Virus record (IMG/VR): IMGVR_UViG_3300021197_000592
Coordinates: 1 to 64,000 of that record
From: a virus
Length of the DNA stretch: 64,000 bases
Reading direction: 5' to 3' (one strand)
The translations under genes were made by a program, and so were the position numbers. This document shows, piece by piece, positions 8,372 through 17,687 of the stretch. Position 1 is the stretch's first letter. Each line of letters begins with the position of its first letter. The notes beneath the pieces were generated by a model. That model worked only from the letters and a program-made list of their open reading frames with translations. It was not told the origin of the DNA and searched no databases.

Positions 8372-10977
8372 CTCTAGAGATGCTTAATGATAACAAAATT
8401 GAATTTGTTCGCAAGTTCATCACAGAAGACAAAGGACAGTTCTCAAAGAGCATACAAGAGCATGTTGATGACAAACAGAAAGAAACTTTCTCACTAGAAG
8501 AAGCAGTTGCTTTGGCAAAGCAATTCAGAGGAAGCATCACCAATCAGGAGGTTATGCAAGTAGTGAAGGAAGATGGGGTATTTCCCGCAAAGTTGGATAT
8601 GCCAGCAGAGGAGGCTACACAGAAACTCAAGGAGAGATATCCTAACATTGGTAGATTGAAGAATCTAAAGTCGTATATCACATTCATCCTAACGGCTCTG
8701 AGTGATGATGTCATTGAGGAGATACCTGAACTAACGACAGAACTAGATGAGGTTCTCAGGAACTTCACAGCAGAAGGACAAAGACTGACTTCCAAGATGT
8801 TCCTAACCAATGACGTTCCATCTCTCATCAACCTACAGATTGTAGGTGATACTAGCCCAAGCAAACTCAAGACATACAAGAGAGCGTTGGAGACTGAGAG
8901 AAACAGCAAACTCAGAAACAGGGTCAAGCCAATCATCAACTATCTAACTGGACTAATCCAGAGGGACATGCCGTTCTACGAAGCAGACAAGTTGGATGCT
9001 GATATGCTGATTGGCAAACTCGACCTCAAGTTCCTGACTAGGAGAGAGGGAATCTACGACTATTGGCAGGGAATACATGAGAAGACATTCGATGAACTGG
9101 TGAAGGCTGTTGGTGATTTCGCTGATGGCTTGGAGGATTTCGACACGGAAGACGAGAGACTCAAGGGAATAGTCACCAAGATTGGGAAGTATGCTGATGA
9201 GTTTAACCAGTATCCTCACAGTATGCAATACACCTTCGTAATGAAACCACTCAAGATGCAAGACCACATGGACAAGAGAGACAAGTATCTCATTTTCTTT
9301 GAGAGATTCATGACATTGACTCAGGGACTTGGTAGTGGTCAGTACACTGACAGGAAGATTCGTGATGAGTTGAGAGAGGAGTTAGGAGAACTCGGACCCG
9401 CCATAGTCGGAGAACAAGGAGATATTGTTCCATCAGATGATGATGATTACGGTATCGAAGATGTAGTTGAGGACTTGGATGATGCTAACCCATACGAGTC
9501 ATCTGCAACTGATACTAGAACAACCGATGATGCAAGGGAGTCTGCACAGGAGAGAACCCTACTCGGTAGGAAACTAAAGAGACTGATGGAGGATGTCGAT
9601 GTTGACCCATTGTTCTACTACGTCTATGCACCGCAACAGCAGAAGGAGAACAAGTACAGTGCTTGGCTAGACGGTCCTCTGTTCTTGAAGGAACTCAGGA
9701 AACTTAGTCGTAACTTCGCTATAGCAGGAGCCAAATATACAACTGACATCAGTTCCGAGTTGTCTTCACACATAGACAAACTCATGCAACAGGCATCATC
9801 GACTCGTTCCGAGTATCACCTACCAGTATCACCGAAATTAGTTGCGATGATTGATGATAGAGAACTCTACTCGGAGTTGGATGATGATGCGCGTAAACTA
9901 CTACAGGACTACAACAGCACTATGGAAAACATCACTGAATTCCTCAAAGCAGTCGGTGAGATAATTGACAGTAGCGAGAATGAGATGGAGAGACTCTCAA
10001 GCCCATTCACGGCACAGGAGAGAAGCATGGATGCCACAATGGGTACGACTGGTTTCGGAACGGGTCGCAAGAAGACATTCACATCCGAGTTAGGAGACTT
10101 GAAGGATGACTTCGACAGGATGCTAGATGCCATCTTTGAGTATTATGTCAAGCCAATCAACAGCAGGTACAAGCCATTCGATGATGCGATAGCATTCGGT
10201 GATAGCGGGGAACTAGGTTCTGCAATTGACTTGTTCAAGACCCTTGCTCAGGACAACAAGGAAGCAAATGCATTCTTCATGCTACTATGGGCTGAGAGCA
10301 TAGGACAGGGTGGATTGATTATACCATCACAACTAGAAAAGATGAGCAGGGCATTGAAGGAACTCAGCAACCCATCCAAGTTCAAGGACATGAACAAGTT
10401 AGAGAATGCCCTCGTTGACTTGAAGAAAGCGGCAATGGAGATAATGGCTGTCGGAGGCAGGTCATTCAAGGATGCCATTGACATAGAGATTGGATACTGG
10501 TATCACAACTTCCTACAGAAGAACAACAAGTCAGATAGGACATTCGGTGGCAAGTCAGTAGCAGAACTAGCAGAGAGTTGGGACAAGGCGGAGATTTATC
10601 CAATCGAAGCGATAGAATCCTACTTGGAGAGAAGCAGTTCTGTCTATGAGAAGGCCGGGATGGAGAAGGAAGTAGCGGAGTTCCGCTCTGCATTGGATGA
10701 CATGAACATCATCAAGTCCAATGAGATACCAGTCCTAGAGGTACATGACACAATCAGGAAGATGATGGACAAGCCCATCTACTACAACACATCGAAACTA
10801 GACAACTTCAATCATATCTCAAAGGCGATGGGTATCATGGAGAAGGAGTACAGTGTGGAAGTATCCGCTGGTGAGATTGAGAATATCGTTACAGATATGG
10901 ATTCGATGGACAATCTAAGCAAAAAGTATGGTGTCCCCAAGGAGAGCATCTACTTCCTCAAGGCGACATTCCGGTGA
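8368..10977 (+). CDS. large acidic helical protein, unknown function
   Basis: ATG 8368 overlaps upstream TGA within ORF 8350..10977; NIIK|S precedes the C-terminal segment. Confidence 0.75.
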   Translation: MTLEMLNDNKIEFVRKFITEDKGQFSKSIQEHVDDKQKETFSLEEAVALAKQFRGSITNQEVMQVVKEDGVFPAKLDMPAEEATQKLKERYPNIGRLKNLKSYITFILTALSDDVIEEIPELTTELDEVLRNFTAEGQRLTSKMFLTNDVPSLINLQIVGDTSPSKLKTYKRALETERNSKLRNRVKPIINYLTGLIQRDMPFYEADKLDADMLIGKLDLKFLTRREGIYDYWQGIHEKTFDELVKAVGDFADGLEDFDTEDERLKGIVTKIGKYADEFNQYPHSMQYTFVMKPLKMQDHMDKRDKYLIFFERFMTLTQGLGSGQYTDRKIRDELREELGELGPAIVGEQGDIVPSDDDDYGIEDVVEDLDDANPYESSATDTRTTDDARESAQERTLLGRKLKRLMEDVDVDPLFYYVYAPQQQKENKYSAWLDGPLFLKELRKLSRNFAIAGAKYTTDISSELSSHIDKLMQQASSTRSEYHLPVSPKLVAMIDDRELYSELDDDARKLLQDYNSTMENITEFLKAVGEIIDSSENEMERLSSPFTAQERSMDATMGTTGFGTGRKKTFTSELGDLKDDFDRMLDAIFEYYVKPINSRYKPFDDAIAFGDSGELGSAIDLFKTLAQDNKEANAFFMLLWAESIGQGGLIIPSQLEKMSRALKELSNPSKFKDMNKLENALVDLKKAAMEIMAVGGRSFKDAIDIEIGYWYHNFLQKNNKSDRTFGGKSVAELAESWDKAEIYPIEAIESYLERSSSVYEKAGMEKEVAEFRSALDDMNIIKSNEIPVLEVHDTIRKMMDKPIYYNTSKLDNFNHISKAMGIMEKEYSVEVSAGEIENIVTDMDSMDNLSKKYGVPKESIYFLKATFR

Positions 10978-10981
10978 TTAG

Positions 10982-11770
10982 ATGGCAGAGTTTCAGATTT
11001 CACCTCCATTGTCGGAAGATGAGGTCAAAGCGCGTTTTGCAGAACACGGCATAGACTACCAAACGAGAGCAGATAGATACCAGATGCTCACTAATACTCC
11101 CTTTGGTCAGGCCAATCCGAAGTATTACATTGCATACTACCCAACGGTAGAAGACGGTAAGCCAATTGCAGTTCAAGGAATCGCACCATACAAGAACGTC
11201 TATCTTCTAACTGGTTTGAAAAGCCACGCGAAGGAGTCTGGTCTTAGCAAAGAAGAGACAAGGGGTGCTGGTAGTTGGATATCAAACAAAGTAATTGACA
11301 TGCATAGTAACAGACCAATCGTAGGAGCGGCAAAACCAGCAGGTGTACCAGTTTTTGAACAACAGGGATTCAACCCCATACAATTTGACTCAAATAACAA
11401 GGTCATGAACCAAGATGATATCCCTGACGACATAAGAGAGGTCTTCACGATGTTGGAGAATGAAGGAAGTTCGACAACCGCAATCAGGAAACTATTCTAC
11501 AAACCAAGCATACAATGGTTCGCCCTAGTCAAAGCACAATGCAAGGGACCAACGAAGAAGACCAGTTCAACTTCCAAGGGCAAGAAGTGGATGAAGTGCG
11601 TCAGCAAACCCGGTGGAGGATACAAGCGAGTTCATTGGGGACAGAGGGGAGTAACAGTATCAGGCAAGAGGTCAGGCAAGAGGAGAAAGTCATTCAGGGC
11701 TAGACACAAATGTTCCACTTGCAAGGGTGGTGACAACTCCCCTAGATGCATGGCTTGTAGGGATTGGTGA
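10982..11770 (+). CDS. GNAT-like acetyltransferase domain fused through an internal W-tag to a basic Cys-rich domain
   Basis: RGAGSW (motif A-like) and AGVPVFEQQGF; then QWFALVK|AQC...RRKSFRARHKC. Confidence 0.55.
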   Translation: MAEFQISPPLSEDEVKARFAEHGIDYQTRADRYQMLTNTPFGQANPKYYIAYYPTVEDGKPIAVQGIAPYKNVYLLTGLKSHAKESGLSKEETRGAGSWISNKVIDMHSNRPIVGAAKPAGVPVFEQQGFNPIQFDSNNKVMNQDDIPDDIREVFTMLENEGSSTTAIRKLFYKPSIQWFALVKAQCKGPTKKTSSTSKGKKWMKCVSKPGGGYKRVHWGQRGVTVSGKRSGKRRKSFRARHKCSTCKGGDNSPRCMACRDW

Positions 11771-11774
11771 TAGC

Positions 11775-12755
11775 ATGGAACTCTGGTTTGAGGACTTGAA
11801 GAAGAAGAAAGATGCTTGCTATCGCAAGGTCAGGAGCCGATACGACAAGTGGCCTTCTGCATATGCGTCAGGTGCGTTGGTACAGTGCCGAAAGGTCGGC
11901 GCAGCAAATTGGGGTAACTCAAAAAAAAAAGCATTGACCAAAGCAGAGTCAAAATGGGTAGATAAACTACCAGACGACAAGCAGAAACTTCTGGAAAAGA
12001 CTCCTAGTTTCGATGTGACATTCCCTGAGTATTCACATCCATCCAACGAGGAGGAACTCCCCAAGGTCATCGAGATGATGAAGGATAAGAAAATCGATGA
12101 GAGTGAGATAGAAGACCTAGACATGAACAACCATGAGATGATGTTGAAGATAGTCGGGGAGGAGATGGAAGATAGGGAGAAACTAATCGAGGACATCGAT
12201 ATCCACATAATCAAACTCAAGATGAAGTACAGAAGACCTAGACCGTATGAGATATCCGATAAGATAGAATCCATGACTAGCACGGATGACACACCGTCAT
12301 TCCCAAGTGGACATGCAACAGAATCGTATGCCCTTGCGAAGATACTAGGGAAGGAGCATCCCGATAAGCAGAAGGAACTCAATGAGATGGCAGAGAAGAT
12401 ATCCATGTCAAGGATACAGATGGGAAATCATTTCCCAAGTGATGTCGAGACTGGGAAGAAAGTCGGTGCATTGATTGCTGATGCGTATCTTGATTCGGAT
12501 AAAGTCAGTAAGAGTTGGCAGGAAGTAATATCCAAGGATTGGGTTAGTTGTTCGTCTTGCACAGATGACAAACCCGGAACAGAGCCTTGTGGTAGGAAGG
12601 ATGCATCAAAGGGACAGAAGAGAAGATGCAGACCGACTTGCTCTGCTTGTAGAGACTACAAGAGAAGGGGCGGAAAGCCGAAGAAAAGAAAGGCCGGAAC
12701 GTTCAGTAGAGAGAAGGACGAGGGGCTTCACGGTTGGTTCAAGAGGAGGGGTTGA
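11775..12755 (+). CDS. W-tagged multidomain protein with PAP2 / vanadium-haloperoxidase superfamily phosphatase domain
   Basis: Motifs KMKYRRPRP, PSFPSGH, SRIQMGNHFPSD; ATG 11775 after GGTGA; flanked by basic Cys-containing domains. Confidence 0.8.
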   Translation: MELWFEDLKKKKDACYRKVRSRYDKWPSAYASGALVQCRKVGAANWGNSKKKALTKAESKWVDKLPDDKQKLLEKTPSFDVTFPEYSHPSNEEELPKVIEMMKDKKIDESEIEDLDMNNHEMMLKIVGEEMEDREKLIEDIDIHIIKLKMKYRRPRPYEISDKIESMTSTDDTPSFPSGHATESYALAKILGKEHPDKQKELNEMAEKISMSRIQMGNHFPSDVETGKKVGALIADAYLDSDKVSKSWQEVISKDWVSCSSCTDDKPGTEPCGRKDASKGQKRRCRPTCSACRDYKRRGGKPKKRKAGTFSREKDEGLHGWFKRRG

Positions 12756-12818
12756 ATGAGTTGGTTCGACATCCTAAAAATAAGTGGACCGCCTAACATA
12801 TTCGGAGGTAAGGCCTGA
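12756..12818 (+). CDS. 20-aa tag-only micro-ORF MSWFDILKISGPPNIFGGKA
   Basis: Hand-translated; GAGGAGGGG upstream; stop overlaps terL ATG (TGATG). Confidence 0.65.
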   Translation: MSWFDILKISGPPNIFGGKA

Positions 12819-14260
12819 TGGAACTAGATGACATGGACTTCGTATCTGCGATGGACATGGAGTTGTCAAAGACATCGTTCCCTTACTTCTTCCAGAACGT
12901 ACTCGGCATGATGTTCCCACCATACATGGAAGAGTGGTTGGAATCCATGCAGAACACGGATAGGACTGTCATAATCTGTAGTCGTGACCACGGCAAGTCT
13001 GTTTTCATGCATTGTTGGGTGGTATGGAATCTAGTCTTCCAAGAACCGCCATATCAGATGCTATACATCTCATCGAACCAGAAGCAGACTCTAGTTCACA
13101 TGAGGGAGATTGACAGGTACTTCAATCATCCAGCACTAAAGAAGTTCCGACCCTCACGCAATTGGGCTATTGGTAACATACAACTCACAAACGGTAATGC
13201 GATACTTGAGAGGTCAGTAGGCTCTCAGATTCGTGGTCTTCACCCACAGGAGATTGTCATTGACGACCCCTTGAAGGAGTTCAGTCTATCAGCAATACAG
13301 AGAGTTACAGATTGGTTCTTCGGTGACATGATACCAACGCTTCACCATACATCCAACCTTCGTATGATTGGTACGCCATTCACATACACTGACATCTTTG
13401 CACAATTGGAGGAGAACCAAGCATACACCGTAACCAAGTATCCCTGTTTCAATGCATTGAACGAACCGCTTTGGCCTGAGCGTTGGGACCATGATGCACT
13501 CTTGCAGAGGAAGGCTGAGATAGGCTCTCTCAAGTTCACAAGGGAATACTTGTGCGTACCGATATCAACAGGTACTTCGTTGTTCAACCCTGAGTTCATA
13601 GAGAATTGCAAGAACAAGGAATACGTTCTGAAACTAGGGAATAGGAGGGATAAGGGATACAAGTATTACGTTGGGGTTGACCCAGCGATATCCACTGACG
13701 GTGACTACAATGTAATCACGGTGCTTGAGGTTGATGATGAGGCAAACAAGACAATTGTGCATGTTGACCGAGCCAAGAACGTTGAGTTCAGGGAGAACAT
13801 AGAGAAGATTAGATTGATTGGGAAGATATTCCAACCAGAGGTAGTTCTCTATGAGACTAACACATTCGCTAAGGCGTTCACTCAGGAATTGAGAAGCATC
13901 TCTGACTTGAACGTCAAGGACTTCGACACGACAAGGAAGAAGAAGCAGGAGATAATCTTGAACTTGCAGATGAACATAGAAAACAAAAAATTCAACTTTC
14001 CCTATGGCGATAACGCCAGCAGAAGGTTGACTAACCTCTTGATTGAGGAACTTTCTATGTTCAGCATCACGGACTCCGGTAGGTTTGAGGGAGTTGGTGC
14101 GCATGACGACTTGGTTATGAGCCTCGCTTTGGCTAATGCCGCTACCCAATCACCGGGGGAGAACTTTATTCTGCTAGACGACATGGACTTGTTTGATACG
14201 GCTCCGACATCGCCGGTAGGTAGTGGGATACCACCGGGTATTTTGGGATTGAATCTATAG
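12818..14260 (+). CDS. terL: terminase large subunit
   Basis: Walker A SRDHGKS, Walker B IVIDD, coupling motif GTP, nuclease VGVDPA ... HDDLVMS. Confidence 0.95.
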   Translation: MELDDMDFVSAMDMELSKTSFPYFFQNVLGMMFPPYMEEWLESMQNTDRTVIICSRDHGKSVFMHCWVVWNLVFQEPPYQMLYISSNQKQTLVHMREIDRYFNHPALKKFRPSRNWAIGNIQLTNGNAILERSVGSQIRGLHPQEIVIDDPLKEFSLSAIQRVTDWFFGDMIPTLHHTSNLRMIGTPFTYTDIFAQLEENQAYTVTKYPCFNALNEPLWPERWDHDALLQRKAEIGSLKFTREYLCVPISTGTSLFNPEFIENCKNKEYVLKLGNRRDKGYKYYVGVDPAISTDGDYNVITVLEVDDEANKTIVHVDRAKNVEFRENIEKIRLIGKIFQPEVVLYETNTFAKAFTQELRSISDLNVKDFDTTRKKKQEIILNLQMNIENKKFNFPYGDNASRRLTNLLIEELSMFSITDSGRFEGVGAHDDLVMSLALANAATQSPGENFILLDDMDLFDTAPTSPVGSGIPPGILGLNL

Positions 14261-14269
14261 GTGAATACA

Positions 14270-15604
14270 ATGGGAGAAAAAGGAGATAAACTCAGGGAGA
14301 TGGCTTCTCTCGCTGATGAGGAACAAACCCTAGTTGAAGAGCAGAAGAGGCTCTCTGACGAACTCAAGAGGTCTTGGTTATCAGAGCAGAACACGACCAA
14401 TCACTTTGACATAGAGAAGAAGTTCGCAGTAGAATATAGCATCTCCCTATCAGATGCCAAAAAGCAACTCAATGACGAGTTCAAGAAGTATGAGGTAGAG
14501 GGCAAGGACATTCCATCCCTCATCAAGGAACTCAAGGATTACCGAAGAACATTGAAAGGAGAGCAAAAGATAGCCATCACGGAATCGATTGACAATCTAA
14601 TCAAAGGATACGCATCTCATTTGGATAATACAATAGACAGAATATACTGGATTGCCAAGTACAAACCTGTAGTCAAGGAGATGGTTTGTTCCGAAGAGCA
14701 ACTAATCAAACTCTCATACATACATGACGAGAACACTAGAAGAGATGCGATTGATTCTCTATGCAAGTATTGGGAAGCCAAGTTGCATAGAGCAGATATA
14801 CCATATAACTCCGATTACTCATCCCTGTCGAAAGAAATGACAAATGGGAAGAGGGAGTTCAAGAAGATAATCAAGAATCATATGCCGAGCATCAGCCCGA
14901 AGGAGGTAATCAAACAAGAGATTCTTCACGCTGTCTGTGAGGAACCCGGCATATCGGCTAGACAGATTCATGAGAGACTACCGAAGAACCTGTTCAAGAA
15001 AACCTCGCCTAGTATAATTTCAAAGATGGCTAGGACTCAGAACATTACCACGATTGACGGTGCTTTCTACAAATTCAGTGATGAAATAAAGAAGGATATC
15101 TATGCATACACTGCCGCTTTCATAGACTCTGATGGATACATTACAATGGATAAAAACTTTAATCCAAGAGTCGGCCTAGTAGCAACAGGAGACAGGGGTA
15201 AGGCGTTCATGTTGGAGATGCACAAGTCCCTTGGGTGTGGTAGATTGCATCTAGACCAGAAATCCCCACAGGATACCAAACCTGTCAACAGACTAAACTT
15301 CTACTCTGCGGCGGATGTAAATGAGATTCTTACAAAATGCAAACCCTTCTTGAAGATGAAAGGAGCAAATGCAGACATACTATTGGAATTACTTAGAATG
15401 AAGAAGTCGCACAAGAAGGCAGAGTGGTACAAACCACGAAGGCAAGAGTTGTTTCAACTGATGAAGTACGAAAACCACAAAGACAATGCCAACTATGATT
15501 TTATTCAATATGGCATAGACAGAGACACAGTATCCAAATTCCATGAAAACTCTAAGATGACAGAGATGGATGTCATTGAAGGGGTCATAAAGACGGAGGC
15601 ATAG
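14270..15604 (+). CDS. helical/HTH-like N-terminus plus C-terminal LAGLIDADG endonuclease domain
   Basis: YTAAFIDSDGYI motif and downstream LGCGRL pattern; ATG 14270 after GGTGA. Confidence 0.8.
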   Translation: MGEKGDKLREMASLADEEQTLVEEQKRLSDELKRSWLSEQNTTNHFDIEKKFAVEYSISLSDAKKQLNDEFKKYEVEGKDIPSLIKELKDYRRTLKGEQKIAITESIDNLIKGYASHLDNTIDRIYWIAKYKPVVKEMVCSEEQLIKLSYIHDENTRRDAIDSLCKYWEAKLHRADIPYNSDYSSLSKEMTNGKREFKKIIKNHMPSISPKEVIKQEILHAVCEEPGISARQIHERLPKNLFKKTSPSIISKMARTQNITTIDGAFYKFSDEIKKDIYAYTAAFIDSDGYITMDKNFNPRVGLVATGDRGKAFMLEMHKSLGCGRLHLDQKSPQDTKPVNRLNFYSAADVNEILTKCKPFLKMKGANADILLELLRMKKSHKKAEWYKPRRQELFQLMKYENHKDNANYDFIQYGIDRDTVSKFHENSKMTEMDVIEGVIKTEA

Positions 15605-15605
15605 T

Positions 15606-17243
15606 ATGGCAGATGAAAAAAGAAGATTCAGAATAGGAAACCTATTTCGTAGGACAACTCCAAAACCAGCAGATAGAACAATATACAATCCGGGGATTCA
15701 GGAGAAGGACACATCGTATCTACTCACATCTCCTGTGATATACCACATAGCACAGCAATCAGTCATTGTCAGGACTTGCACTACTCAACTCAAGCAGGAG
15801 ATATTCAGAAGAGGATATCTGTGGGAAGAGAAATTCGTGAAGAGATGCAAAGACTGTGGTAAGGAACACCAGTCACCAGTTGAGCAATGTGTAGAGTGTG
15901 GCTCAATGAATCTAGAGAAGCCAAATCCACAACAACTGAAATACGCTCAGAAATTCCTAGGTGGCTACGTCAACAAATCAGAGCAGATGTTCATAGACGT
16001 ATTGAAGGAACTAGAGGATGACTTGAATATCATGGATGATGCATATCTTGTTATGGTGAAGGAATACTTCATAGATAACAACAACGAAATTCGTATGCAT
16101 CGAATCAAGGAGGTCTATCGTGGTGACCCCGTTTCAATGCACATCTATTCCAATGACACTGGTGAGAGAGGCAAAGGAGGATACATCTGTGTCAAACACA
16201 GGGACAGGATAGAAACAAGTCCCACTGGTCTTTGTGAAGAATGCAATTCCGAACTGCATCCTGTTCATTACGTGAACAGAGTCAAGGGAGAGGAACAGTA
16301 TTTCACGAAGGGTGAAGTGTTGCATTTCAGCAAATACTCACCCGGTAGGATGTACGGGCTATCACCAATCATAACGCTATGGAATCATGTTACGACTCTG
16401 ATAGCAATGGAGAACTACGTCAACTCATCATATACCAAGGCTAGAATGCCCAAGGGCCTACTAGCAGTGCAGACTAGGAACATCGATTCGATGAGGTCGT
16501 TTTGGCGAAGCGTCAAGGAGAAGATGGAGAAAGACCCACACTTCATTCCTGTGATGGGAATCGAAGCAGAAGGCGGTAAGGGTTCTGTCGAGTGGGTGAA
16601 GTTCATGGATAGCCTGAAAGAGATGGATTACATGTCTGTCAAGGATGACCTGAGAGATAGAATATCAGGGTTCTATGGAGTGAGCAAGGTATTCATGGCG
16701 GATAACTCTGCTAGTGGTGGGTTGAACAACGAGGGTATGCAGATACTCGTAACCAACCGAGCAGTCGAGATGGCTCAGACAATTTGGAACAACTATGTGT
16801 TCCCATTCATGACATCAGAGTTCGGTATAAGCGATTGGGAATTGAAACTACCACCATCCGAAGAGGAGGATGAGATTGCTAAACTGCGAAAGAGAGAGAT
16901 TGAGGTCAACGTAGCGGCGGCTATCAAGAATCTAGGGTTTGAGGTCAATATGGATGATGAGGGTAGATTCACCTACGTGAAGCCACCACAACCAGAAGAC
17001 CAACAACAAACAGATGACATCGAATTGGACCCATACGCTGGAACTAACATTGACCAATCACAACTCGGTCAGATGATGGAAACCGGAACTAGACCAACTG
17101 GCGAAGAAGCAGGTCAACCCGCGACTGTGAAAGGTAGAAACAAACCAAGCATGAGCGTTGGTCCCGACAAGAGATTCAGTGGTTTGCCAAGGGAAGCAGG
17201 GAATGAAAATGTCGATAGGCGTAGTGAGAGGCGGGTAGGTTGA
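15606..17243 (+). CDS. portal protein with Zn-ribbon insertions
   Basis: Position after terL; EVLHF...YGLSPI and RISGFYGV portal-like motifs; CKDC/CVEC and CVKH/CEEC. Confidence 0.9.
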   Translation: MADEKRRFRIGNLFRRTTPKPADRTIYNPGIQEKDTSYLLTSPVIYHIAQQSVIVRTCTTQLKQEIFRRGYLWEEKFVKRCKDCGKEHQSPVEQCVECGSMNLEKPNPQQLKYAQKFLGGYVNKSEQMFIDVLKELEDDLNIMDDAYLVMVKEYFIDNNNEIRMHRIKEVYRGDPVSMHIYSNDTGERGKGGYICVKHRDRIETSPTGLCEECNSELHPVHYVNRVKGEEQYFTKGEVLHFSKYSPGRMYGLSPIITLWNHVTTLIAMENYVNSSYTKARMPKGLLAVQTRNIDSMRSFWRSVKEKMEKDPHFIPVMGIEAEGGKGSVEWVKFMDSLKEMDYMSVKDDLRDRISGFYGVSKVFMADNSASGGLNNEGMQILVTNRAVEMAQTIWNNYVFPFMTSEFGISDWELKLPPSEEEDEIAKLRKREIEVNVAAAIKNLGFEVNMDDEGRFTYVKPPQPEDQQQTDDIELDPYAGTNIDQSQLGQMMETGTRPTGEEAGQPATVKGRNKPSMSVGPDKRFSGLPREAGNENVDRRSERRVG

Positions 17244-17362
17244 GTCAACTGCTTGAAACCGCGAGAAGATGGAAAGAAGAGATTGACAAACTGAATAAAG
17301 AGACAGACGAGAGAATCAGATTATTTACGGAGGAAGGAATATGGAATGGCAAGAAATATTGA
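17240..17362 (+). CDS. 40-aa helical microprotein (MSQLLETARRWKEEIDK...)
   Basis: Hand-translated; TTG start overlapping the portal stop, fills the gap. Confidence 0.45.
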   Translation: MSQLLETARRWKEEIDKLNKETDERIRLFTEEGIWNGKKY

Positions 17363-17466
17363 AAAAAAATGCAAAGCCCGATTTTATTGACATCGATGGA
17401 GATGGTGATAAGGAAGAGCCAATGCAGGATGCAGTAAAAGACAAGAAAGGTGAAACAAATGAGTGA
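17341..17466 (+). CDS. 41-aa W-tagged microprotein (MEWQEILKK) with DxDxDG Ca-binding-like loop
   Basis: Hand-translated MEWQEILKKNAKPDFIDIDGDGDKEEPMQDAVKDKKGETNE; GGAGGAAGG upstream. Confidence 0.75.
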   Translation: MEWQEILKKNAKPDFIDIDGDGDKEEPMQDAVKDKKGETNE

Positions 17467-17683
17467 AAAGAAAGGCGTAAGACAATTGGAAAGAGAATTG
17501 AAAGCAGCAAGGAATGAAGAAAGAAGGGACCATGAGAACAGAATCACGAAGAACCGTGATTTCTCAATAGGAGGCATTGACCCAAATACAAAGTCAAAGC
17601 CACTACCCAACTCCACTGATATCCCTGATGCTATTCTCCTGCCTAAGAAGAAGAAGTTGAAGAAAGAAAACATTCCGTGGTGA
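17459..17683 (+). CDS. basic hypothetical protein
   Basis: ATG 17459 after AGGTGA. Confidence 0.65.
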   Translation: MSEKKGVRQLERELKAARNEERRDHENRITKNRDFSIGGIDPNTKSKPLPNSTDIPDAILLPKKKKLKKENIPW

Positions 17684-17687
17684 TTGA

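Noticed and set aside
14270-15604. Intein or intron-encoded endonuclease splitting terL or portal
   Set aside because: Both neighbours have complete motif sets, the gene has its own SD, and there are no intein C/S...HN termini.
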